From the NCBI GenBank assembly GCA_031280035.1, contig JAITHJ010000011.1, forward strand, positions 1 to 59,385: a stretch of DNA of 59,385 bases. Direction: 5' to 3'. The position numbers and the translations under genes are program-made. The notes under the pieces are model-generated. The model had not been told where the DNA came from, ran no database searches, and saw only the letters and a list, made by a program, of their open reading frames with translations. Positions 1 through 8,411 of this stretch are shown one piece after another. Within the stretch, counting starts at the first letter, position 1, and each line of letters begins with the position of its first letter. Origin of the DNA: Spirochaetaceae bacterium (GTDB taxonomy: Bacteria > Spirochaetota > Spirochaetia > Treponematales > Breznakiellaceae).

Positions 1-158
1 GTCTTTGCGCCGGCTGCGGAATCCTGCGTCTTACCGGCGGGAGCCTGAGACTGCGCGCCTGGGGCAAACGGATTGCCTTGCCCTCCTGAATGCTGGGCGT
101 CCAGCGCGCCACAGATGAAGACGGCAAAAACCGCCGTTAGAAAAAACTTGTTATTCAT
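1..158 (-). CDS. 5' part of an exported-protein gene running off the left edge (MNNKFFLTAVFAVFICGALDAQHSGG...)
   Basis: ATG at complement 156-158, with AGGAGG (complement 164-169) 5 nt upstream. The N-terminus is hydrophobic and signal-peptide-like, and the frame stays open to the window edge. It is too short for the ORF track. Confidence 0.5.
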   Translation of the reverse strand, partial: MNNKFFLTAVFAVFICGALDAQHSGGQGNPFAPGAQSQAPAGKTQDSAAGAK

Positions 159-181
159 ACTATCCTCCTGATTTTTTGTGA

Positions 182-490
182 TTATTCGCCTGTTACAATG
201 GTCGTGTATTCCGTCCAGAGAAATAAAATGCCCGGCCTATTGTAATACTCCACTGTGGCTATCTTCGTTATGTGTCCGTTACTCGCCGCTTCGGAAATGG
301 TCGGGTAGCTGACGTCCCCAAAAAAAGAAAGCCACACTTTAGACGAAGCGAACCCCGTCTTTGACGACCCGCCGTTTACGTTACTCAGCGTAGGATGCGG
401 CCCGTTAAACAATGAAGAGGCCGGAGAAGACGCGCATCCGGCCAGAACAGCGGCGCACAGCAGCGCCGTTACCATAAATTTTTTAATCAT
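182..490 (-). CDS. TRL-like family small lipoprotein
   Basis: Lipobox LAGC after a hydrophobic signal peptide. The C-terminal pattern ...ISEAASNGHITKIATVEYYNRPGILFLWTEYTTIVTGE resembles the TRL-like family signature (...GGITKI..VDY......Y....V.GE). AAGGAG SD upstream. Confidence 0.75.
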   Translation of the reverse strand: MIKKFMVTALLCAAVLAGCASSPASSLFNGPHPTLSNVNGGSSKTGFASSKVWLSFFGDVSYPTISEAASNGHITKIATVEYYNRPGILFLWTEYTTIVTGE

Positions 491-590
491 ACTTTGCTCC
501 TTGTAAGGTATGTTTTTTTATTTTTACCCCGCCGCGCGGGGATGATTTGAGGAAGTTTGAGCCGAAAGTCCGCGCGCGCGTTCCGGCTTT

Positions 591-884
591 CTGGAAATCT
601 ACGGCTCGCTTCTATAAATCTACGGCTCGCTTCTATAAATCTACGGCTCGCTTCTATAAATCTACGGCTCACTTCTATAAATCTACGGCTCGCTTCTATA
701 AATCTACGGCTCGCTTCTATAAATCTACGGCTCACTTCTATAAATCTACGGCTCACTTCTAGAGTTCTACGGCTCGCTTCTATAAATCTACGGCTCGCTT
801 CTGGAAATCTACGGCTCGCTTCTGGAAATCTACGGCTCGCTTCTGGAGTTCTACGGCGCATTTCTAGAAGTCTACAGCGCGCTC
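591..884. repeat. 21-bp direct tandem repeat, ~14 copies (consensus CTATAAATCTACGGCTCGCTT; edge copies CTGGAAATCT.. / CTAGAGTTCT..)
   Basis: Read directly. Units start at 591, 612, 633 ... 864 with strict 21-nt phasing and a few point variants (cgctt/cactt, tataaa/tggaaa). The last two units are degenerate. Confidence 0.95.
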
Positions 885-1097
885 CCGAAAATCCGCGCCG
901 CGCGGAGGATAATCTGTTGTAGAGGAAGTGTATTTTGTCGAATGCGGACGGTAATCCGCCGTGCGCGGAATGTCTGTCCGCGCGCGCGCTTTTCTGCGGG
1001 CTTTCGGATACCGCTCTATCCACGGCAGTCTCCCGAAAAGAAGAAAAACAGGAACAAAAAAGAACGCGGTAAAAGGGGGTTTTTAAGAGAGCGGCGC

Positions 1098-1108
1098 GGG
1101 GGGGGGGG
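1098..1108. repeat. G11 homopolymer tract in the manC upstream region
   Basis: gcggcgc-GGGGGGGGGGG-agtg, read directly. It lies ~240 nt upstream of the manC ATG, in an 850-nt non-coding gap. Confidence 0.9.
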
Positions 1109-1344
1109 AGTGTAATTTCCGCGCCGCGCGGGCTTAAGCCGGCGCGCTAAAACGGCGCGGTTTAGGCCCCGTACAAGACCGGAATCGTTCAAACAGGTAA
1201 ACGCCGCCTCACTCATAGGCGGCATCTTACTCCTGATTAAAAAAAACGTCAAGAGGCCGCGCGCGCCGTCAGTGCCCAAGGCGGAATGCCCGCGTTCATC
1301 CTGACCGCTTGACTTTTCTTTCCGCATACCGCTTAAATATTTCT

Positions 1345-2751
1345 ATGGGAATTCATGTACTTATACTTGCCGGAGGTTCAGGAACGCGGCTTTGGCCGCT
1401 TTCCCGTGAAGACGTCCCCAAGCAGTTTCTTTCGGTTTTTGACGGAAAGGCTTCGCTGCTCCAGCAAACCGTCATGCGAATCCGTGAGTTTTCGGAACAG
1501 ACCGGCGGAACGCTTCACATAATCGCGGCAAAGAAGTTCGCCGCCCTGGTATCTCAGCAGATGGCCGAAATCACTATTGACGGGGACCTCCTGCTGGAAG
1601 AACCGGAAGGGCGCAATACCGCGCCCGCCATCGCGCTGGGGCTGACGCGCCTGTTGCAGAAGGACGTTCCGTCTCAGGATACCGTTATCGTGCTGCCCAG
1701 CGATCATCTTATCAGGGACGAGTCGGGTTTCCGGCAGGCGGTGCAGAAAGCGGTCCGCGCCGCCGGATCGGGCAATATCGTACTATTCGGCGTTGTGCCG
1801 CTAAAGCCGGAGACGGGTTTTGGATACGTAAAGACCGTTAAAACGAATAATTCATCGTGGCGAAAAGTTGAATCGTTTGTTGAAAAACCGGATCTGGAAA
1901 CCGCGCAAAAGTACGTTGAGTCAAACGCCTATTTCTGGAATGCGGGAATCTTTTGCTTTCGTATAAAAGATATGGTTGAAGCGTACCGGAACTATTTTCC
2001 CGAAGGCGCCCGTATCTTCAATGAAAGCGCCGCCAGCCGTAAGCGGGCGGAAGCGGCCTTTTTGAAAGTAAAGCCGGTTTCAATCGATTACGCCGTCATG
2101 GAACACGCCCAGAATATCGTCTGCATTGAATTAAACGCCGGATGGTCGGACGTAGGCTCGTGGGATGCGGTCTGGGAAAATTCCCCGCATGATGAAAACC
2201 ACAACGCCGTTTCAGGCGATGTGTGTCTGCATAACTGCGAAGGCGTCTTTGTCCACGGCGGAAAAAAACTCATCGCCGCCGTCAACCTGAAAGATATCGT
2301 CATTGTCGATACAAATGACGCGCTGTTTATCGCGCCGCGGCAGGCCTCGCAGGAGATACGCGCCGTTGTTCAGCGGATTTCCAAAGAACGATGCAGCGCG
2401 TCCGCTTTACTGAACAAGCCATGGGGAACCTGTGAGTTTCTTGAAAAACAGAACTATTACCAGATAAAACGCATAATACTGCTCCCCGGAAAAGAAATAC
2501 CGTTCCATTATCACCGTAACAGTTCCGGCCACTTAACGGTACTGAAAGGAACGGTCATTGTTGACTGCTTCCTCCCGGAAACACAGCCGCAGAGCAGGCC
2601 GCTCGGTGAAGGCGAAAGTATTCTGATTGAAAAGGGATTTATACATCATGTCGCAAATAATACCGCCGAGCCGTGTGAAATAATCGAAGTACAGACAGGA
2701 GACTGCAGCGCCGAAGATTATCAGGAATACCAGTTTAATGCCGGTCAGTAA
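1345..2751 (+). CDS. manC: mannose-1-phosphate guanylyltransferase / mannose-6-phosphate isomerase (bifunctional ManC/CpsB type)
   Basis: N-terminal nucleotidyltransferase motif LILAGGSGTRLWPLSR..PKQF and a C-terminal cupin (ENRPWG-like NKPWGTCE, HYHRNSS.H). I placed the start at the ATG at 1345 (MGIHVLIL) rather than the TTG at 1309 used by the ORF track. Confidence 0.9.
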   Translation: MGIHVLILAGGSGTRLWPLSREDVPKQFLSVFDGKASLLQQTVMRIREFSEQTGGTLHIIAAKKFAALVSQQMAEITIDGDLLLEEPEGRNTAPAIALGLTRLLQKDVPSQDTVIVLPSDHLIRDESGFRQAVQKAVRAAGSGNIVLFGVVPLKPETGFGYVKTVKTNNSSWRKVESFVEKPDLETAQKYVESNAYFWNAGIFCFRIKDMVEAYRNYFPEGARIFNESAASRKRAEAAFLKVKPVSIDYAVMEHAQNIVCIELNAGWSDVGSWDAVWENSPHDENHNAVSGDVCLHNCEGVFVHGGKKLIAAVNLKDIVIVDTNDALFIAPRQASQEIRAVVQRISKERCSASALLNKPWGTCEFLEKQNYYQIKRIILLPGKEIPFHYHRNSSGHLTVLKGTVIVDCFLPETQPQSRPLGEGESILIEKGFIHHVANNTAEPCEIIEVQTGDCSAEDYQEYQFNAGQ

Positions 2752-2821
2752 CAGAGCGTCTTCTAACGTTCCAGAGCGTAATACTCCTGCGCGTACTATT
2801 CCAGAACACCGCGCGGAGAGA

Positions 2822-4174
2822 ATGGTTTTTTTTGCGCTGTTTGCCTTTGTTATAATAGGCGCCGCCGCGCCCGCCGCGCCGTCAGACATCGAATGGTATA
2901 CCGCCAACGGTTCGGGAATGCTGCTTGAAAAAGTAGATAGAGTCCGCGCGCTGCGATTCGCTTACGCCGTCTCCGTTCAAAATTTAAAGCCGGAAAACGC
3001 CCCCAAAGGACTTCGCAGATTCTACACAACTCCGTGGCGGATAGAATGCCGCGTTCTTTACGAAAAAGCGCGGAGGGTAAGAACTCAATGGATCTTTAAA
3101 GATACTGGGGGTACGACATACCTTATCGCCGTCATAAGCAACGATGGATCCGGCTTTATCGAATGGCATGACGGCAACGGCTATGTTGTTGAAGAACAAA
3201 GACTCGCCGCCGACGGTTCGGGTTTTTTTATTTCCTATACCTACCGCGAAACGTACCTTCTAAAAGCCGATGTATACCTCATCGAAGCCGCCGTCCCATC
3301 AGGCGGCGCGCAGACAGGCGCGGCGGACGGGGCTGCACAGAACGCGCCAAAGCAGACTGCGCCGTCAAACGCGCCGGCGAGCGGCGCAGCGAATAACGGC
3401 GCGCAGACCGCTTTATCAGACGCTTCGGCGGATGACGCGGCGGACGGGACGGCGCAGACCGGAGCCGTGCAGGACGCTTTGTCAGACGCGCCGCCGGATG
3501 ACGCGGAGCCGCCGCCGCCGCAAATATCGGAGGCTGAACGGGTGCGAAACCCTGAAGGGCCGATGGCTTTTCCCGAAAACTTTATTGCAGCCTCAGGCAG
3601 GGAAAGAGGCAGGGCCTGGACGGATAATTACCGTTACACCCGCGACCTGAGCCTTCGCGCCATCGAGCGGGTTTATTACGATCCAAAAGCGGCTGAAAAA
3701 GCGCAGCGTGTTTTATTTCCGCGCTTTGTCTTAGGCTCGTCCGTAGATAAAGACTTTGTAAGGCCGGGCGCGTCTCTTGCCTCAGAGTTTCTTAAAGATG
3801 TTTATGATGAAACGCCGGCTTCCATCACCTATTTAACGGATGATAAGCGCAGAATACTCTCCGAAACCAGAAAAGATGAAACCGGAGAGATTATAGGCGA
3901 AATATCGTACGAATGGGATAATAACAGGGTAACGTCAATCGTGTGGAAATCGAAAGATGATGAACGTAAAATAGAATTCCTCTATAATGGAAAGGGCGAG
4001 AGGATAAGTGAAAAAGATTATCGCAACAGCGCGCTTGAAAGAATGGTAACCGTTAATGGCGATACGGAAATAGAAGAACTCTATCTTGAAAATAATGTCG
4101 CGCTCAGGGCCGTCTGGAAAGACGGAAAAAAAATATCCGAGGAAAGGATCTTGAACAGAAGAGTAGAACGATGA
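2822..4174 (+). CDS. hypothetical exported protein with a central Ala/Gln/Asp/Pro low-complexity linker
   Basis: Long ORF. The likely start is MVFFALFAFVIIGAAAPAAP (a hydrophobic N-terminus). The stop overlaps the lolC-like start (ATGA at 4171). The C-terminal part has YD-like beta-hairpin periodicity (weak signal). No family recognised. Confidence 0.6.
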   Translation: MVFFALFAFVIIGAAAPAAPSDIEWYTANGSGMLLEKVDRVRALRFAYAVSVQNLKPENAPKGLRRFYTTPWRIECRVLYEKARRVRTQWIFKDTGGTTYLIAVISNDGSGFIEWHDGNGYVVEEQRLAADGSGFFISYTYRETYLLKADVYLIEAAVPSGGAQTGAADGAAQNAPKQTAPSNAPASGAANNGAQTALSDASADDAADGTAQTGAVQDALSDAPPDDAEPPPPQISEAERVRNPEGPMAFPENFIAASGRERGRAWTDNYRYTRDLSLRAIERVYYDPKAAEKAQRVLFPRFVLGSSVDKDFVRPGASLASEFLKDVYDETPASITYLTDDKRRILSETRKDETGEIIGEISYEWDNNRVTSIVWKSKDDERKIEFLYNGKGERISEKDYRNSALERMVTVNGDTEIEELYLENNVALRAVWKDGKKISEERILNRRVER

Positions 4175-5508
4175 GAAAAAAAATGTTTTCCGGCTTTGAA
4201 TGGATTTTCTTTGTAGTCATGCGCTCCCTTTCAAAAAAGAAAAACCGCAGTGATGTTTCATCTGTTCTTTCGATTTTTGAAATAGGCGCGGGAGTTCTTG
4301 CGCTTACGGTAATCATCGCCGTGATGAATGGGTTTCAGCTTGGCTTTATTGAAAACATACTTGAAATATCATCGTATTATATCCGTATAGATAATTTTCC
4401 AAAAGATAAATTATCCTTGCTTGGTGAATTCAAAAAAAATACGGAAATAGTATCCGCTGTTCCGTTTATAGAAACACAGGGCATTGTACGTGAGGAATTT
4501 AAAGATATGCAGTGCGCTGTTGTTTTGCGCGGAGTTCCTGAAAACGCAGTTGAAGAAGATCGCGGCATGGGTGGTCATCTTGAATTTATTGAAGGCGGCT
4601 TTGACGTTAAAAAGCCGCATTCGCTGCTTTTGGGCGCGGAATTGGCGGCAAACCTTGGCATAGAAACAGGCGATGAGATAGATTTTCTTTCTATTTCAAA
4701 TATTTTTTCCGTTGATGAAGATTCGTCCTTGCGTACTTTCACTGTAACAGGCGTGTTTCGTACAGGATATTATGAATACGATTCAAGCTGGGGGTTTATC
4801 AATATTGAAGACGCCGCCGCTGTTGAAAATGATAAAGAAGTTTGTACAATCGGCATAAAACTTAAAAACCGGTACAACGACATAATTACAATGCCTGAAA
4901 TAAAAAGCATAATAGACAATGCCTTTACAGAAAATGAACCGGGTAAATCCGGCATTGTAATAAGTTCGTGGCGTGATTACAATAAATCGTTTTTTAACGC
5001 GCTGCGTACGGAAAAGCTTCTTATGTTTGTACTCGTTGGTCTTATATTTATTGTTGTGGCGTTGAATATTTATCAGGCGCAGCGCAGATCCGTTCTTGAG
5101 CGCAGCGAAGAAATCGGTTTGCTGAGGGCGGTTGGCGCTCCGGATCTTTCAGTTCGGCTGACTTTTGCGCTAAAGGGGCTTGTAATCGGACTTATAGGCG
5201 CTTCTGGAGGCATGTTTTTTGCCCTTTTAATATCAACGCATATACAAGGCTTTTTTTCATTGATAGAATCAATCATTACGCTTGTAATAAAAGCTGCCTA
5301 TGCGGTAAGGGGCATATTTTACGGCAGTGATAATTTTGCTTTTTTTTCAAAAAATATATTTTATATACATGAATATACTGCACGGCTTATCGCAGGTGAA
5401 GTACTGTTTATTTATGTTTTTGCCGTACTGTCGGCGTTTATGGCTGCGTGGTTCGCTTCAGCCCGTATAAGCAGAATTAAGCCGTCGGAAATACTGCGCA
5501 ATGAATAG
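4171..5508 (+). CDS. LolC/E-family (FtsX-type) ABC transporter permease
   Basis: N-terminal TM, then a large periplasmic MacB-like domain, then a C-terminal FtsX-like TM bundle (RSEEIGLLRAVGA motif). It sits adjacent to a LolD-like ATPase. Confidence 0.8.
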   Translation: MRKKMFSGFEWIFFVVMRSLSKKKNRSDVSSVLSIFEIGAGVLALTVIIAVMNGFQLGFIENILEISSYYIRIDNFPKDKLSLLGEFKKNTEIVSAVPFIETQGIVREEFKDMQCAVVLRGVPENAVEEDRGMGGHLEFIEGGFDVKKPHSLLLGAELAANLGIETGDEIDFLSISNIFSVDEDSSLRTFTVTGVFRTGYYEYDSSWGFINIEDAAAVENDKEVCTIGIKLKNRYNDIITMPEIKSIIDNAFTENEPGKSGIVISSWRDYNKSFFNALRTEKLLMFVLVGLIFIVVALNIYQAQRRSVLERSEEIGLLRAVGAPDLSVRLTFALKGLVIGLIGASGGMFFALLISTHIQGFFSLIESIITLVIKAAYAVRGIFYGSDNFAFFSKNIFYIHEYTARLIAGEVLFIYVFAVLSAFMAAWFASARISRIKPSEILRNE

Positions 5509-5517
5509 GAGATACAC

Positions 5518-6198
5518 ATGAGTGATAATATTGTTCAAGTCAGCGGATTGATAAAAGATTATAAAACCGGACCGGAGATTCTACATATAATAAAAGGCGC
5601 GAGTTTTGAAATTAAACGCGGCATTGCGGTTTCTATAACCGGCACGTCAGGCAGCGGAAAAAGCACGCTTCTGAATATACTCGGCGGCCTTGACGTATTC
5701 GATAAAGGCGTTTGTATTGTAGACGGCAGGAATCTTGGGATTCTTCCTGAAAAAACACTTTCAGAATACCGCAGAAAAACTGTCGGCCTTATATTCCAAT
5801 TTCATTATCTGTTAAACGACTTTACCGCGCTTGAAAATGTAATGCTCCCTGCATATATCGCCGGAGAAAAAAAGAAAACGGCGCTTGACAGGGCAAAACT
5901 TCTTCTTGAAGAAGTTCAAATGGAAAACAGATTACACCATTATCCGTCAAAACTTTCCGGCGGCGAACGTCAGCGTGTCGCTGTAGCGCGTTCTTTAATC
6001 AACAATCCGGAAATAATTCTTGCTGATGAACCGACAGGTAATCTTGATGAAGAGAACAGCGTAATTGTGTCAAAGCTGCTTTATGAAAACGCCGCCAGAC
6101 ACGGTAAAACGCTTGTTATTGTAACGCATGATAATCAGGTTGCAGAACGCGCGGCATGCCGCTGGACACTGATAGACGGCGTGCTTAAGGAGGTATAA
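5518..6198 (+). CDS. lolD: ABC transporter ATP-binding protein, LolD-like
   Basis: Walker A GTSGSGKST, signature LSGGERQR, Walker B ILADEPTGNLD. Confidence 0.85.
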   Translation: MSDNIVQVSGLIKDYKTGPEILHIIKGASFEIKRGIAVSITGTSGSGKSTLLNILGGLDVFDKGVCIVDGRNLGILPEKTLSEYRRKTVGLIFQFHYLLNDFTALENVMLPAYIAGEKKKTALDRAKLLLEEVQMENRLHHYPSKLSGGERQRVAVARSLINNPEIILADEPTGNLDEENSVIVSKLLYENAARHGKTLVIVTHDNQVAERAACRWTLIDGVLKEV

Positions 6199-6205
6199 TC
6201 ATTTT

Positions 6206-7099
6206 ATGAAGTATTCTTGTTTGCATACACATACTGAGTTTTGCGATGGAAATGGAACGGTTGAAGATTTTTGCCAAAACGCCTTTGAAAAAGGCTTCGT
6301 GTCTTTAGGTTTTAGCGCGCACGCTCCGTTGCCGAAAGATATTGGAACAACAAGTGATTGGCATTTAAACGCCGATGATGTAAATATTTATATTGATGCG
6401 GTTAATAATGCAAAAGAAAAATGGCGCGGTAAACTTGACGTATATCTTGGACTTGAAGTTGATTTTATAAGAGGCTGCGCAGGTCCGTCTGATAATTGCT
6501 GGCAAAAATTAGGCCTTGATTATATTATCGGTTCTGTACACCGCGTGCCGCCTTTGGATAAAAAAAATGATTGGGCAAAAAATCCGGAAAATAAAAATAA
6601 GCTGCTGTGTATAGACGGTACGCGTGAAGATTTTGAGTTAATTATAAATAAAGAATTCGAAGGAGATTCGCGCGCGCTTGTTGAAGCATACTATAATGAT
6701 TTATCCGCAATGTGTACCGCAGGAGGATTTGACATACTTGGTCATGCCGATCTTATTGTAAAAAACAACAAGAATGATATTTTCTTTTCAACACAAAGCG
6801 GATGGTACAAACAGTGTGTTTATAAACTGGCGGATACGCTTGCGGAAAAAAATAATATCATTGTTGAAGTGAATACCGGCGGATTAAATCGCGGCAGTAC
6901 AACTTCATTGTATCCTTCAGACGATATTCTAAAAATATTTATGCTGAAAAACATTCCTGTAACAATAAACGCCGATGCGCATAGCGTTGAGCATCTTGGC
7001 GGATTTTATGAAAAAGCGCGCGTTTCTCTTCTTGCTTCCGGTTATAGAGAATATATGCTTTTTAATGGCAAAAAAAACTGGACTGCATCAGTACTATAA
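6206..7099 (+). CDS. PHP-domain histidinol-phosphatase (HisJ family)
   Basis: N-terminal CLHTHTEFCDG metal motif. GSVH and HADL motifs are typical of PHP/HisJ phosphatases. Confidence 0.75.
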   Translation: MKYSCLHTHTEFCDGNGTVEDFCQNAFEKGFVSLGFSAHAPLPKDIGTTSDWHLNADDVNIYIDAVNNAKEKWRGKLDVYLGLEVDFIRGCAGPSDNCWQKLGLDYIIGSVHRVPPLDKKNDWAKNPENKNKLLCIDGTREDFELIINKEFEGDSRALVEAYYNDLSAMCTAGGFDILGHADLIVKNNKNDIFFSTQSGWYKQCVYKLADTLAEKNNIIVEVNTGGLNRGSTTSLYPSDDILKIFMLKNIPVTINADAHSVEHLGGFYEKARVSLLASGYREYMLFNGKKNWTASVL

Positions 7100-7103
7100 T
7101 AGC

Positions 7104-8402
7104 ATGAAACGTATAGTGCTTAAAAAAGGTGAAGAACACCGCATTAAATCAGGTCATCCGTGGGTTTACAACAATGAAGTCCTTTCGGTCTTTGATGGAA
7201 AAAATGCAAAACCATGCGGACTTGATGCGGGAGAATGCGCTGATATAGAGACCTATAATAAACATTATTTAGGCCGCGCGTTTGTAAATCCGCATTCAAA
7301 AATAATTGCCCGGATATATAGTCCGTCAAAAGAAGGTGCTGACAGCGGTTTTTTCAAGCGGCGTTTACGGGAAGCGTTTGAACGAAGAAATTATCGGGAC
7401 AAACATGATTCTTTAAGGCTTGTTTTTGGCGAAGCTGATTTTTTACCCGGCCTTATAATAGATCGTTTTGTCGGCTGGAGTTTACGTGATATAGAAACAA
7501 ACGATATACAAAAGCCGCTTGAATTTGATAAGATACATAAAATTCTTGGCGAACCGTCAGTATGCGTTGTAGTACAAATTCTAAGTTTTGGCATGGAAGC
7601 ACGGCGTGAAATAATTTTGAAGGCGCTTGTTGAAATGTTGTTTCAATTTTATGGCGAACCATTGTTTATCCTTGAGAAATCATCTATAAACGCGCGTCAA
7701 ATGGAAGGATTACCGCCTGGCGAAGGCATTATCAGCGGAACGGTTCCTGAAGACGGCATAGTTATTTTTGAAAACGGCTATCCGTTCATAGTTGAATTTT
7801 TCAGTGGACAAAAGACAGGACATTTTTTGGATCAGGCCGAAAATCACCGTGCAGCGGCGGTATATGCGCAGGGCAAAAAAATCGTATTAGATGCGTTTTG
7901 CTATACAGGCGGATTCGCCGTACACTGCGCGCGCAGCGGTGCGGAAAAGGTTATTGCCGCAGACTCGTCAAAAAATGCAATTTTATTGCTTAAACGTAAC
8001 GCTGTGTTAAATAATGTTGCGGATACAATAACTACAGTGGAAACCGATGTATTTGAGCTTCTTACAAAATATGAATGCGCTAAAAAAAAGTTTGATCTTA
8101 TAGTTCTTGATCCGCCGGCTTTTGCAAAATCACGGCAAGCGCTCGATGGAGCAATAAGAGGCTATAAAGAAATCAATTTAAAAGCTCTTTTAATGCTTAA
8201 TAAAGGAGGCATGCTTATAACGTCTTCATGCAGTTTTGCGCTGAGTGAAATAAATTTTAAAAGAATTATTCATGCTGCGGCGCAGGATGCAGGTAAAAGA
8301 ATTATACAAACTGAATTCCGAACACAGTCTCCGTGTCATCCCATACTTGTAGGTTATGATGAATCGCATTATCTTAAATGCGGTATATTTACTATCATAT
8401 AA
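7104..8402 (+). CDS. rlmI: class I SAM-dependent 23S rRNA (cytosine-C5) methyltransferase, RlmI-like (PUA + MTase)
   Basis: MKRIVLKKGEEHRIKSGHPWVYNNEV is a canonical RlmI N-terminus. It also has QKTGHFLDQ and DPPAFAKS motifs. I moved the start to the ATG at 7104, because the track's 6975 extension overlaps the previous gene. Confidence 0.88.
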   Translation: MKRIVLKKGEEHRIKSGHPWVYNNEVLSVFDGKNAKPCGLDAGECADIETYNKHYLGRAFVNPHSKIIARIYSPSKEGADSGFFKRRLREAFERRNYRDKHDSLRLVFGEADFLPGLIIDRFVGWSLRDIETNDIQKPLEFDKIHKILGEPSVCVVVQILSFGMEARREIILKALVEMLFQFYGEPLFILEKSSINARQMEGLPPGEGIISGTVPEDGIVIFENGYPFIVEFFSGQKTGHFLDQAENHRAAAVYAQGKKIVLDAFCYTGGFAVHCARSGAEKVIAADSSKNAILLLKRNAVLNNVADTITTVETDVFELLTKYECAKKKFDLIVLDPPAFAKSRQALDGAIRGYKEINLKALLMLNKGGMLITSSCSFALSEINFKRIIHAAAQDAGKRIIQTEFRTQSPCHPILVGYDESHYLKCGIFTII

Positions 8403-8411
8403 TAGGCGTTT

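Noticed and set aside
487-1023. A 178-aa minus-strand ORF (EASRRFI x14), plus the plus-strand ORFs 547-762 and 557-922.
   Set aside because: All of them run through the 21-bp tandem array, whose length is a multiple of 3 and which automatically keeps several frames open. The products are extremely basic and low-complexity with no recognisable domain. They are probably artefacts, although the ATGA overlap of the minus ORF with the TRL gene means translation cannot be strictly excluded.
1240-1300. The minus strand contains GGTCAGG...GACG, which at first glance resembles the SRP (4.5S) RNA core.
   Set aside because: The conserved GGAAGGAAGCAGCC-type loop motifs are absent and the helices do not line up. 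I do not call it an ncRNA.
1016-1327. A 103-aa minus-strand ORF in the manC upstream region.
   Set aside because: It spans the G11 tract and GC-rich hairpins, and has no SD or domain features. It is most likely non-coding.
3270-3650. A 126-aa Arg-rich alternative-frame ORF.
   Set aside because: It lies inside the GC-rich low-complexity linker of the 2822-4174 CDS. It is a frame artefact of the biased composition.
6975-7103. The upstream extension of the rlmI ORF used by the ORF track.
   Set aside because: It overlaps the end of the histidinol-phosphatase gene. The canonical RlmI N-terminus (MKRIVLKKGEEHRI) begins at 7104.
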